The position numbers and the translations under genes are program-made. From IMG/VR virus record IMGVR_UViG_3300020043_004889, positions 1-38,240 of that record: a DNA stretch of 38,240 nt. One strand, 5' to 3'. The stretch is from a virus (lineage: Duplodnaviria > Caudoviricetes). Positions within the stretch are counted from its first letter, which is position 1. Every line of letters starts with the position of its first letter. Below are positions 17,493 through 25,299 of the stretch, piece by piece. The notes below the pieces were generated by a model. The model ran no database searches. It worked only from the letters and a program-made list of their open reading frames with translations, and was not told the origin of the DNA.

Positions 17493-17587
17493 AGGGCAAA
17501 TATAGCTTTAAAAATCAATATGATAGCAACCACAGTCACGAGTATCATCGTGCCGAGTGCTGCGAGGTATTCTTTGTCTGGTTTCAT
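17483..17587 (-). CDS. 34 aa single-TM peptide, not in the ORF track
   Basis: Hand translation MKPDKEYLAALGTMILVTVVAIILIFKAIFALWN*; ATGA overlap with the upstream ORF. Confidence 0.55.
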   Translation of the reverse strand: MKPDKEYLAALGTMILVTVVAIILIFKAIFALWN

Positions 17588-17742
17588 TCTTCGTCTTTTA
17601 CGATTTCTAATCTGCCATTGATTGAATAGCCAGTCAACCGAATCAACTGCTCAAGGTGATAAAGCAAGTCCTCAAGCTCCACATCCTCGTGTTCGAACTC
17701 ATAGCTTGATTTATGTCCGTAGTGTGTTATTTCTATTTTCAT
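17584..17742 (-). CDS. 52 aa hypothetical protein, not in the ORF track
   Basis: Hand translation MKIEITHYGHKSSYEFEHEDVELEDLLYHLEQLIRLTGYSINGRLEIVKDEE*; ATGA overlaps at both ends. Confidence 0.65.
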   Translation of the reverse strand: MKIEITHYGHKSSYEFEHEDVELEDLLYHLEQLIRLTGYSINGRLEIVKDEE

Positions 17743-17954
17743 TGTTCTTGTTTATCAATGTGAATTAAGAAACTTGTTTTTCGTTTTAATGTAGGGTACT
17801 GACTCAATAGCCATAATGTCAACTCATCTTGTTCTGAGTCATCAATATGAAACTCTGCGTAGGTATGTACTTTGTGTCCTTGTAGTATTTCGTCTTTTTG
17901 TAAATGCTGTGGAATCTCAGACAGCTTAATTACTGATTTTGTTATTGTCTTCAT
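17739..17954 (-). CDS. Hypothetical cassette gene (likely start MKTITK, 71 aa; the track extends it to 18032)
   Basis: Internal ATG preceded by a degenerate junction repeat aaaaagaacaATG; ends ...KQEQ*. Confidence 0.55.
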   Translation of the reverse strand: MKTITKSVIKLSEIPQHLQKDEILQGHKVHTYAEFHIDDSEQDELTLWLLSQYPTLKRKTSFLIHIDKQEQ

Positions 17955-18044
17955 TGTTCTTTTTAAAAGGTTTGGTTGTAGTACATTTATTTCTACTAAC
18001 CATTCTACTCCTTCTTTGTCTATTTCTTTCATTGTTCTTGTTGT

Positions 18045-18272
18045 TTAAAGGTTATTTATTTCGTGTTTTACTTGTTCCCAAAAAACGGGTGGTGCTATAA
18101 GATAACCTATTTCACTCCATAGGAAATCTGCCATACTTTTTTGTTGTTCAATAAGTTCATCAACTGCAATCAAAGCAAGTTTTTTTACAGTGCCTTTATA
18201 AACACGAATATCAGCTAATTCTATCTCAACTTTTGCAATTAAGTCAATTGCTTTTTCTTTTTCTTTTGTCAT
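18045..18272 (-). CDS. Hypothetical cassette gene
   Basis: 75 aa, AT-rich; KEKA.DL...ALIAVDE....FW..VK.EI..L pattern of small Bacteroidota phage proteins. Confidence 0.7.
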   Translation of the reverse strand: MTKEKEKAIDLIAKVEIELADIRVYKGTVKKLALIAVDELIEQQKSMADFLWSEIGYLIAPPVFWEQVKHEINNL

Positions 18273-18469
18273 TGTTCTTGTTGTTTATAAATCCATACTG
18301 TATCAATTTTTTGACCATCTGTTTCAAGTCTATATTCTGGCTTTAACTTTACTTTGCTTTCAATCTTATCAATTGAAAAAATATCAAATAAAAAATAACC
18401 TCCTAAAATAATAGTTAAAATAAATCCTATTATTAATGTTAAAACTAATTTGCTTATTACTTCTCCCAT
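18269..18469 (-). CDS. Hypothetical membrane-anchored cassette gene
   Basis: 66 aa, N-terminal TM helix, very AT-rich, ends KQQEQ*. Confidence 0.7.
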   Translation of the reverse strand: MGEVISKLVLTLIIGFILTIILGGYFLFDIFSIDKIESKVKLKPEYRLETDGQKIDTVWIYKQQEQ

Positions 18470-18488
18470 TGTTCTTGTTGTTTAATTT

Positions 18489-18513
18489 AAAAAAGCCTTT
18501 TTCTCGGAAGGCT
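18489..18513 (-). terminator. Terminator-like hairpin upstream of the cassette array
   Basis: Minus strand agcctt-ccgagaaa-aaggct followed by a T tract. Confidence 0.6.
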
Positions 18514-18613
18514 AACCTATCTCCCTACGATGAGAACCGACTTACTCGGTAGGCTACGTTCCTCACGTCTGAGGCATTTGTTTTACATCTTGTTTTAAGA
18601 TATGTGGGAATTT

Positions 18614-18835
18614 TTACCCCTTATCCTTGTTTGATTTGACTTCACTCTTCAGCTTCTCGATATACAGCGTGGCATCCATCAGCTCTTCCTGGAGGTGATT
18701 CAACCAATCGGTTAGATTCAAGTCATCACGATCTAAAGTGCGCCCATATTTTTTGATTCCGAGCTGGCTGCGCTCATAATACTTCGCCAGTACCTTGAGC
18801 ACAATTGGGTCAGTTAAGTGCTGCTGCTTGGTCAT
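18614..18835 (-). CDS. Small all-alpha protein, possibly NTP-pyrophosphohydrolase-like
   Basis: RS..G.KKYG.TL.R.DL...WL.HLQEELMDA.LY motif, widespread in phages. Confidence 0.6.
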   Translation of the reverse strand: MTKQQHLTDPIVLKVLAKYYERSQLGIKKYGRTLDRDDLNLTDWLNHLQEELMDATLYIEKLKSEVKSNKDKG

Positions 18836-18998
18836 AGAATTCTTCTGGTGTTACTTCGGAGATGTGAACTTCATCCGAAACGGTTAGTACTATGCAATAA
18901 GAGCACCCCTTGAGTTCATTCAAGAGGTCCTCCAATCGCTTTACGATGTTGTCAAGTCCCTCATTCCTGGTGCCGATATATCCGATGAAGTATCTCAT
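18810..18998 (-). CDS. Hypothetical protein
   Basis: 62 aa; ATGA coupling to the upstream gene. Confidence 0.6.
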   Translation of the reverse strand: MRYFIGYIGTRNEGLDNIVKRLEDLLNELKGCSYCIVLTVSDEVHISEVTPEEFYDQAAALN

Positions 18999-19204
18999 TT
19001 CATAAGGAAGTTGAAGGCTTGAATATAGAACTCATCACCCACCCCATTGCCTCTCATAAATCGGTTGACAGTGTAGTAATTGATGTTCATATCTTCAGCC
19101 AGGTGAGTCATCTTGTATCGGCTTGAGAGTCGGGACCTCAACTCTTTGTAGATGAAGTCCCGAATGTTCTCGCCATCAGAAAGGTAAATCGTCATCGATT
19201 TCAT
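18995..19204 (-). CDS. Small HTH (Cro/XRE-like) DNA-binding protein (likely start MKSMTI)
   Basis: MTHLAEDMNINYYTVNRFMRG is helix-turn-helix-like. Confidence 0.6.
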   Translation of the reverse strand: MKSMTIYLSDGENIRDFIYKELRSRLSSRYKMTHLAEDMNINYYTVNRFMRGNGVGDEFYIQAFNFLMK

Positions 19205-19493
19205 CTGAGATTGGTTTTGATGGTGCTGCTGCGATGCGGATATCCCATGCATTGAGGCTGACATAATACTTGCCGTTGTACTCACGACCTCTCAAGTCAA
19301 ACTTGACCTCACATTCTTGACCGACTTTGGCTCCATCAAGGAACTTCACTCGCTCATTGACAGCTTGAAATTGTATCAGCTGTGGATATTTGTCACCGAT
19401 TGAGAGCACAAACTCTCTGATGTTCATTTTCTCACTCACTTGTTTGGCTTCACCGAGTAGGTGAATGGTGCCTTTTGCTTTTAGCTCTTCCAT
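19176..19493 (-). CDS. DUF3127-family SSB-like protein
   Basis: REFV...KYPQ.I.F, V.FDLRGREYNGKYY..L.AW and an acidic DDDLPF C-terminus. Confidence 0.85.
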   Translation of the reverse strand: MEELKAKGTIHLLGEAKQVSEKMNIREFVLSIGDKYPQLIQFQAVNERVKFLDGAKVGQECEVKFDLRGREYNGKYYVSLNAWDIRIAAAPSKPISDEIDDDLPF

Positions 19494-19505
19494 TTTTATT
19501 TGTTT

Positions 19506-19703
19506 TTAATTTTCCCTTTGTTGTTTATTATCTAATTGTTCAGCAGTCCATTTCTCATATAGCTTGAGACAGTGCTCGAATCCTTTGATAAATTCTGTTT
19601 TCTCATTATTATTCAATAAAAGCATCATTTGTAAATGACCAAACAATGACACACCGATATCCAGGTCATCAAAGTTCTTTGGATTGATTGGTTCGCATCC
19701 CAT
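19506..19703 (-). CDS. Hypothetical AT-rich protein between the exonuclease and SSB genes
   Basis: 65 aa ORF filling the gap in the operon. Confidence 0.55.
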   Translation of the reverse strand: MGCEPINPKNFDDLDIGVSLFGHLQMMLLLNNNEKTEFIKGFEHCLKLYEKWTAEQLDNKQQREN

Positions 19704-19704
19704 A

Positions 19705-20322
19705 TCACTTATTGTTTAATTGTTCGTAGTATTCATGATATAAATCGGATGCTTCTTTAAGGCGAGCAACCATCTTTGCCTCGATGTCCTCATCTCTATC
19801 GTACCAGAGAGCTGTGATGCGTTTCTCAGGATTGATATGGTCTACTCTGTGCAGCTGAAGATTCTCGTATTCATTCAAGAACTCATCCCAGGTGGTCACC
19901 ATGCAGTAGATTAGCTCAGCACATGGCTTATCATATAGCATCATGTAAGCTCGGAGCTGCCATTCATATAGTGGATTGACTGCATCTTCCACAAGTGCCG
20001 GGAATGTATCGAGTGACCATGATGTTTTCACATCAATTATACGCTGCTCGATGACGATATCAGCAGTTCCGATGAGATAGTCATTCTCGATGGTGATATC
20101 ATTCTTGACGTAGTTGGTGAATCTCACCGAGTTGATGAGGTTGATTGACTCCAGCTCTTGCTCTCTACCCTTCCAGATGTATTTGTTGTTGAGTTCTGTG
20201 GTGTAGTTATAGAAGTCCTCCTTTGCACACTGCTTGATGTAGCTCTTGGCTGTCTCTCCCATGCTGTCCTTGGCTCTGCCATTGGTCATCAGCTTACCGA
20301 TTTGCGATGGATGCCATTTCAT
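19705..20322 (-). CDS. YqaJ/lambda-exonuclease-like recombination nuclease
   Basis: S.IGKLM, G.E.E, GTADI...IDVKTSW and YEWQLRAYM.L motifs; coupled to the ERF gene. Confidence 0.8.
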   Translation of the reverse strand: MKWHPSQIGKLMTNGRAKDSMGETAKSYIKQCAKEDFYNYTTELNNKYIWKGREQELESINLINSVRFTNYVKNDITIENDYLIGTADIVIEQRIIDVKTSWSLDTFPALVEDAVNPLYEWQLRAYMMLYDKPCAELIYCMVTTWDEFLNEYENLQLHRVDHINPEKRITALWYDRDEDIEAKMVARLKEASDLYHEYYEQLNNK

Positions 20323-20852
20323 AATGCGAGAGCTTTGAGTTGTACTTCAGTGAGTGCATAGTTGGAAGCCAATTGTTCTGCTGTATATTTGCCAGCTTCG
20401 ATTGCTTCGAGTGCTGATTTGAATCGCTCTGCATTGATCGTTGGCTTTCCTTTCTGTGAATCTGCTGCACCATTGCCATCATCGTCCACAGCTTGAAGTG
20501 AGAGCAGTGACTGCAATGTACCTCTTCTGAAGTAAGTGACGGCAGCGAGCACCTTTTGTGGGTCTGTGATGACTGGAAGGCTCATGAATGACTCGATGAC
20601 CTCACCAGAATCGATGTCGATGATACGAGTCACCACATCATTGCCCACCACTGGCTGCAAGAGAAGCAGTCCATGCTCGTGGAGGATTGGCTCCACCGTT
20701 GTGAGCAGCGCATTGATGTCAGCATAGCTCTTTTTGAAATGAGGATTCGTTGCATTCTTAGCAACCTTTCCAATCTGCTGCTTGGCAGCGTGTAATTTTT
20801 GCCAAATGTTCATTGGCTCTGCGAGTGTAGCCTCCGCTTTCTTTGTACTCAT
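20319..20852 (-). CDS. erf: ERF-family single-strand annealing protein (likely start MSTKK, 177 aa)
   Basis: KNATNPHFKKSYADI, PQ...A.TY.RR.TL.SLL.L...DDDGN signature. Confidence 0.85.
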   Translation of the reverse strand: MSTKKAEATLAEPMNIWQKLHAAKQQIGKVAKNATNPHFKKSYADINALLTTVEPILHEHGLLLLQPVVGNDVVTRIIDIDSGEVIESFMSLPVITDPQKVLAAVTYFRRGTLQSLLSLQAVDDDGNGAADSQKGKPTINAERFKSALEAIEAGKYTAEQLASNYALTEVQLKALAL

Positions 20853-20870
20853 AATTGTTGTTTTGAATTG

Positions 20871-20903
20871 TAAATATACTGATTTATTTGATTGATTCGC
20901 AAA
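20871..20903 (-). promoter_or_regulatory. Sigma-A-type promoter for the recombination operon
   Basis: Minus strand TTTG-N21-TATATTTA, one mismatch to the TTTG/TAnnTTTG consensus. Confidence 0.5.
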
Positions 20904-21342
20904 ACTGCTCATAAAATTGCAAAAATCCTTCAAAATCTCTTGCAATAACGTACACACCACCAGCTTCCTCGATTGCTTTCTGGTATGCTTTCTGTGCATC
21001 TGACTGTCTATCCTTGCCATACTTGACCTCAATCTTGACTGAACGTCCCTTGATTGTGGCGGAGATATCTGCCGAGCCTGGTGTGCCGGTGCCCTTGGTC
21101 CACTGCCCACCGATGGCGACTCCATCAGTGCGGTATTTCTTTCGATAGACTCCCATCGTGTTGATTCGCTCCGCTTGGCAGTTATTGAACTGAAGGAATC
21201 CGATGATTGATTTGGTCAGCGCATTGGCTCCGTTGTCATTCCATTGGTCCAGGGCGATGAGATGCGGTGGGATGGTTGGATATTTCTCCATCTTGTGCTT
21301 TAGCTGGAGGTCTTTGAGTAGTTGTCGGTGTTGTCGTGTCAT
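20884..21342 (-). CDS. VRR-NUC-like PD-(D/E)xK nuclease / Holliday junction resolvase
   Basis: GSADI.....IEVK...DRQS..QK......GG.Y.IA motifs. Confidence 0.8.
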   Translation of the reverse strand: MTRQHRQLLKDLQLKHKMEKYPTIPPHLIALDQWNDNGANALTKSIIGFLQFNNCQAERINTMGVYRKKYRTDGVAIGGQWTKGTGTPGSADISATIKGRSVKIEVKYGKDRQSDAQKAYQKAIEEAGGVYVIARDFEGFLQFYEQFCESIK

Positions 21343-21506
21343 TGTTCGTCATTTATAGTGTTATCAACCTCTACTTCTTCCAAGGCGCAGTAAAGAATAT
21401 ATAAACCTTCTCCGAATATGTTTTGAATGGTTTCAGTGCTGTGTATTAATCTAATCGCCTTAAGTAATGCGTGCGCATCGTTTACTTGTTTAAATGTTGC
21501 TTTCAT
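21339..21506 (-). CDS. 55 aa hypothetical protein, not in the ORF track
   Basis: Hand translation MKATFKQVNDAHALLKAIRLIHSTETIQNIFGEGLYILYCALEEVEVDNTINDEQ*; ATGA overlaps at both ends. Confidence 0.6.
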   Translation of the reverse strand: MKATFKQVNDAHALLKAIRLIHSTETIQNIFGEGLYILYCALEEVEVDNTINDEQ

Positions 21507-23905
21507 TGCTTCGCTTTTTCGTTTAACTCATCCCAAATATCATCATCTTCTGGAGTAGGTTTGGGAGTTCCTGACTCGAGAAGGAAGTATCTGCCGTTGT
21601 GATTGCGCCCTTTGGTGACGTTGTAGCCTTTATAATCAGCATACGACTGCACCCATTTGAGGAATCTGCGTGGCTCGAGCTCCTTGAATGAGGTGAATTC
21701 CGATGTGAATTCCTGAATCTTGGTGCCGTTGTAGTTGTATATGTCAAGAGGTAGGTTGCCTTCCTCCACCCAATCAAAGAAGTCCTTGCACGTTGACTGG
21801 ATGAGTCGCTTGGCATCTGCGTTGATGCTGATGGCTTTCATCAATCCATTTGTCAGGTACTTCTGAAGGTTCTTGACCATATAGTTGTCGAATTTCAACC
21901 AATCCTCATCACCCCAAGAGTCGAATAATAGGCGACCATACTCATCGAGTGGGCTGCGCTTGGAGTGAAAGTACTGATAGAACTCCAGCTCATGCCTTCT
22001 GCGATCATGAGAAGAGCCGGCACCACTGATGACATAGTTGGTTGTGATTACAATTTTTGGCGAGCGGTTGAATGGAATGAATATCTCATCCTTATTCTTT
22101 CTGTTGACGGTGATTCCCTCAGTGATGAGGCTGAAGAGCTGCTCGAAGTCGAATGCTTTACGCACATCATCGAATGCCAGAATCTGCGTGTCCAGGTTGA
22201 CTCGCTGATAAACGAAATCAGACTTAGATGGATTGAAGCTCTTTCCATCTATCTTGACAACTCTGCGCAGATTGCCGAGTGCTGCCAACATGAGTGACTT
22301 GCCTGACCCTCCATTTGGGTTGTCATCGATTTCTTGGTCATTGAAGATGATTGCTTTCTGGTCAGTTTTGTCCTTGAAGGTGTGCATCAGGTAGCCGAGT
22401 GTGGTCTCCAGCGCATCCACTCTGCCGCTGTCATCTGCTGATACCTTGCTGACGAAATCTTGAAAGTCATTGGTGCAGTCATCCAGTAGAGTGAAATCTC
22501 GCTCGATGATTTGATTCTCCCAAATGTAGCCATCAACATCGATGTAGCTCTTGAGCTCCACTTTGTTCTTGGATATCTTGGCAACACCATTCTTGAATGG
22601 GATGTATGATGCATCCTTGCTATCCTGGAGCATCAGTATATTGATGCTATCAATCATATTGATGAAGTTCTCATTGAATAGGAATGCATTCCTGGAGCAG
22701 TAATTCCAGACATCCATTTCACCCTTGCTCTGTAGATAGTTCAGTACAAAGTCCTTGATTTGTTCTGCCGATGATATTCGAACCTTGTTCTCTTTGACTC
22801 TGACAAAGGTTGGCTTCTCAGCATTCTCAGGATAGTATTTGTTGAATCCGTTCTTGACCAGGAACTCAGCGTAATTGGATGGCTGTATTGTTATCTTTCC
22901 ATTCTCATTGACTGACCAGAAGATATCGTCTCCAGTCTGAATCTCTTTCTTGATATCCTCAATGACATCCTCTCGCACATTCAGCTGCTTCTTGATATCA
23001 TCGTCAGGGATGCCGCTCTTGAGCTTCTGACGCACTCTCTGGAAGGTATCTTTATCCTCAAAGTATTTGATGCCGTAGGTAGCTTTTTTGTAAGCCGAGC
23101 GAATGGTTGTGACCATCTCTTGCTCGCTGAAGCTGGAGCCTTGAGCATACTTGGTCCAGATGTATTGCTCTGCTGTATCCTTGCTGATGCCATACTCGCA
23201 TAGCACAGCTGCCAATTTAAACACAAATTCATTGCGACTGCCCTCTTCAAATTGACATCCATGGTCAAATCGCTCAATCAAGCTGATGATTTTGTCCTCA
23301 TCTGATAGGATGCAGATGGGAGTGCGCTCGGTGTAGCTGAATCCTTGGTCTTGCTCGATGCCTTCGAATACCTGGCAGAACTCATTGAAGTAAATGTCAG
23401 GGTCATAGGATTCAAAACAGACTCGACTGACGTTGCTGTTTTTGGTATCGAAGTATTCGCTCTGGAAGTACTTGCCGAATGCAGTGAATCTGCGCTTGTG
23501 CTCGACCTTATCTGATTTTGGTATTCTGATGACAGCTTTCAAGCCATTGCCAGATGGTGAGGTGAACACCATCATCACATGGGGGTCAGCAATCAGCCTC
23601 TTGCGTTCTTCCATCATCAGCTTCTTGGTTGGATATTGGTCGAAGTCCAGGATGCATAGACCAGAATGCTCAACCAAGCTGCTGTCATTTCGCTCGGTGA
23701 AGGTACCATTGAACATGATGGCATTCAATGACGATTTGAGGCGGTCATGCTCTGGGTCAGCCTTCTCAAGTGATCGTATGGTTGCCACCTTTTTGATGAG
23801 CTCCGGATTGCCGAGTCTTATGCGGTTGTAGACTTCTGTAATTGACAAAGAGAAAGGTGTCTCCTTGGTATTGAATAGGTTTTTAAATACTGATACTTGA
23901 CTCAT
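21503..23905 (-). CDS. Primase-helicase (VirE_N/BT4734-like primase, PriCT, P-loop helicase)
   Basis: HSGLCILDFD, F.SPSGNGLK and R.CF.SYDP; EG.RN..F.LA PriCT motif; Walker A GGSGKS, Walker B LAFDD, ITTN sensor. Confidence 0.9.
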   Translation of the reverse strand: MSQVSVFKNLFNTKETPFSLSITEVYNRIRLGNPELIKKVATIRSLEKADPEHDRLKSSLNAIMFNGTFTERNDSSLVEHSGLCILDFDQYPTKKLMMEERKRLIADPHVMMVFTSPSGNGLKAVIRIPKSDKVEHKRRFTAFGKYFQSEYFDTKNSNVSRVCFESYDPDIYFNEFCQVFEGIEQDQGFSYTERTPICILSDEDKIISLIERFDHGCQFEEGSRNEFVFKLAAVLCEYGISKDTAEQYIWTKYAQGSSFSEQEMVTTIRSAYKKATYGIKYFEDKDTFQRVRQKLKSGIPDDDIKKQLNVREDVIEDIKKEIQTGDDIFWSVNENGKITIQPSNYAEFLVKNGFNKYYPENAEKPTFVRVKENKVRISSAEQIKDFVLNYLQSKGEMDVWNYCSRNAFLFNENFINMIDSINILMLQDSKDASYIPFKNGVAKISKNKVELKSYIDVDGYIWENQIIERDFTLLDDCTNDFQDFVSKVSADDSGRVDALETTLGYLMHTFKDKTDQKAIIFNDQEIDDNPNGGSGKSLMLAALGNLRRVVKIDGKSFNPSKSDFVYQRVNLDTQILAFDDVRKAFDFEQLFSLITEGITVNRKNKDEIFIPFNRSPKIVITTNYVISGAGSSHDRRRHELEFYQYFHSKRSPLDEYGRLLFDSWGDEDWLKFDNYMVKNLQKYLTNGLMKAISINADAKRLIQSTCKDFFDWVEEGNLPLDIYNYNGTKIQEFTSEFTSFKELEPRRFLKWVQSYADYKGYNVTKGRNHNGRYFLLESGTPKPTPEDDDIWDELNEKAKQ

Positions 23906-24303
23906 ATGTCGAAAATTTTGTATGATTTGTTTTTTGATTCTTCCATTTGTCTCAGCTTCATGTATTCTCCATATTCTTCAAATGTCATTTGTCTGATTGT
24001 GTTCTTCATATTCTCCTTTCTGGTCACCCATCTCAAATTTTCAAGACGGTTGTCATCTCTGACTCTGTTGATGTGGTCGCATTGCCTACCTTTTGGATGA
24101 CCTTCGAATGCCCAAAGAACAAGTCTATGCACATACTTTAAATTCTGCCTACCACATTGAGTCAATCCAACTTGCAAATATCCATAGATTGTGTAGGATG
24201 GTGTCAATATCCTTTCTTTTTTTCCTTTAAAAGATTTCACTCTTCCAAGGTTACTGACTTGATAGTCCAGGAATCCTGGAATATCTTTCCAAATTTCTAC
24301 CAT
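23902..24303 (-). CDS. NUMOD4-HNH homing endonuclease
   Basis: EIWKDIPG..YQVSNLGRVKS (NUMOD4), VHRLV..AF, CDHINRVRDDNRLENLRWVT..EN (HNH); AT-rich. Confidence 0.9.
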   Translation of the reverse strand: MVEIWKDIPGFLDYQVSNLGRVKSFKGKKERILTPSYTIYGYLQVGLTQCGRQNLKYVHRLVLWAFEGHPKGRQCDHINRVRDDNRLENLRWVTRKENMKNTIRQMTFEEYGEYMKLRQMEESKNKSYKIFDI

Positions 24304-24321
24304 ATGTAAATTTTAAGTAAT

Positions 24322-24425
24322 AAAAAAAGCCTCATAAATCCATCGGGTCTCACTTCGATTTCATTATAAGGCTTCAATAATACCTTCAGGTTCTATAATG
24401 TGAGACCGAACCAGTTACAAATATA
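24322..24425 (-). ncRNA. Candidate structured leader RNA (promoter, kissing hairpins, terminator)
   Basis: TATATTTG at 24418-24425; hairpin loops ggtctcac and gtgagacc are complementary; 11-bp stem plus T tract. Confidence 0.6.
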
Positions 24426-24476
24426 ACGAATGAGTGCTGAAATGGTTGCATTTGTTTATATTTATTTGATTTTTGT

Positions 24477-24658
24477 TGACAAACGTGACGGTAAATGACA
24501 AAACGTGACGATGTGAAAATGCTTAACTTATTGAATATCTGTATTTTAATTGATTTCATGACGCTGACGCTCTCGAAAAAATTTTGCTTTTGAGTTCAAA
24601 GTGCAATTTATTAATATGGGCGGTAAAGGCGGAGCGTCATTTTGCGTCATATTGTCAC
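24477..24658. repeat. TGACG/CGTCA iteron-like repeats, candidate replication origin
   Basis: aaacgtgacg at 24481 and 24501; tgacgc at 24559 and 24565; inverted gcgtca at 24634 and 24644; AT-rich spacers. Confidence 0.6.
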
Positions 24659-25057
24659 ACCATACAGCCCTTTTTTGATATCTTCCTGGAGCTTTCTCAT
24701 CTCCCAAAATGACTCGCACTGGAGCACATCGAGCATCATATTTCGCTCAACCAAATAGTCCATGGCTGTGTATGCCTCAAATCTTTGACGTAGCTCATCT
24801 GTCATGCGAATGAATAGACGGTCTTTTTTCATTATACCCGCTTGCTTTAGTCCATATACAACTGACGAGTGGTCCATTCCAAATATCTTGCCTATCTCCT
24901 CCAGTGTTAGTCGATGACTGCGAAGGAATGTGAATAAATAGAATCGCTGGTATACCTTATGACGTACACGATTGTCGGAACCAGGTGTGAAGTAAAGGTC
25001 GTGTTTCTTGATTTCTTGATTCACTTCAGTGAGAATCTCTTGCATTGTTTTGTTCAT
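24647..25057 (-). CDS. DnaA C-terminal (domain IV)-like HTH protein (likely start MNKTMQ)
   Basis: TLEEIGKIFGMDHSSVVYG matches the DnaA signature SL..IG..FG.RDHTTV. Confidence 0.7.
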   Translation of the reverse strand: MNKTMQEILTEVNQEIKKHDLYFTPGSDNRVRHKVYQRFYLFTFLRSHRLTLEEIGKIFGMDHSSVVYGLKQAGIMKKDRLFIRMTDELRQRFEAYTAMDYLVERNMMLDVLQCESFWEMRKLQEDIKKGLYGVTI

Positions 25058-25059
25058 AA

Positions 25060-25299
25060 TTAAAAGTTTTGCTCCACCCATTGGCGGAATGATTGTTGTA
25101 TTTCGATTTGTTGTTGGAAGATATCCATGTTGCCACCTTCCAGGATGGCTGCATCCACTCGCTGAATCTCTTGCAGCAGCATATTTGCTTTCTGCTTTAT
25201 GACTCTCTTGAATACACCTTGATCGTTGAGGTCCTCGATGAAGTCACCGAGCACTGGAAGCACCCCACAGAGTGCGAGAAGTTTTTGTTCTTTGGTCAT
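25060..25299 (-). CDS. Hypothetical protein
   Basis: 79 aa, core-like codon usage, in the operon. Confidence 0.65.
   Translation of the reverse strand: MTKEQKLLALCGVLPVLGDFIEDLNDQGVFKRVIKQKANMLLQEIQRVDAAILEGGNMDIFQQQIEIQQSFRQWVEQNF

Larger units (their letters stand above)
17740..18484 (-). repeat. Gene-junction repeats TAAACAACAAGAACAATG (3 exact and 2 variant copies)
   Basis: cattgttcttgttgttta at 18030, 18270 and 18467; variants cattgttcttgttta at 17740 and cattgttctttttaaaagg at 17952; each ends in a start codon. Confidence 0.9.

Noticed and set aside
17497-17504. TATATTTG box near gene 17241..17492
   Set aside because: It lies inside a coding region only 4 nt from the ATG and has no -33 box; may be chance.
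17740-18484. Integron attC sites or CRISPR repeats
   Set aside because: The repeats are non-palindromic, lack GTTRRRY boxes and separate whole genes; no integrase or Cas is present. Reported instead as junction repeats.
18521-18560. Hammerhead ribozyme (cgatgag followed by a stem)
   Set aside because: No CUGAUGA core and no GAAA after the stem.
20853-21125. Long N-terminal extensions in the ORF track (ERF, capsid, holin, 26287..26655, 18995..19285, 15988..16437, 34008)
   Set aside because: They overlap upstream genes or regulatory DNA; downstream ATGs have better A-rich contexts and match domain starts.
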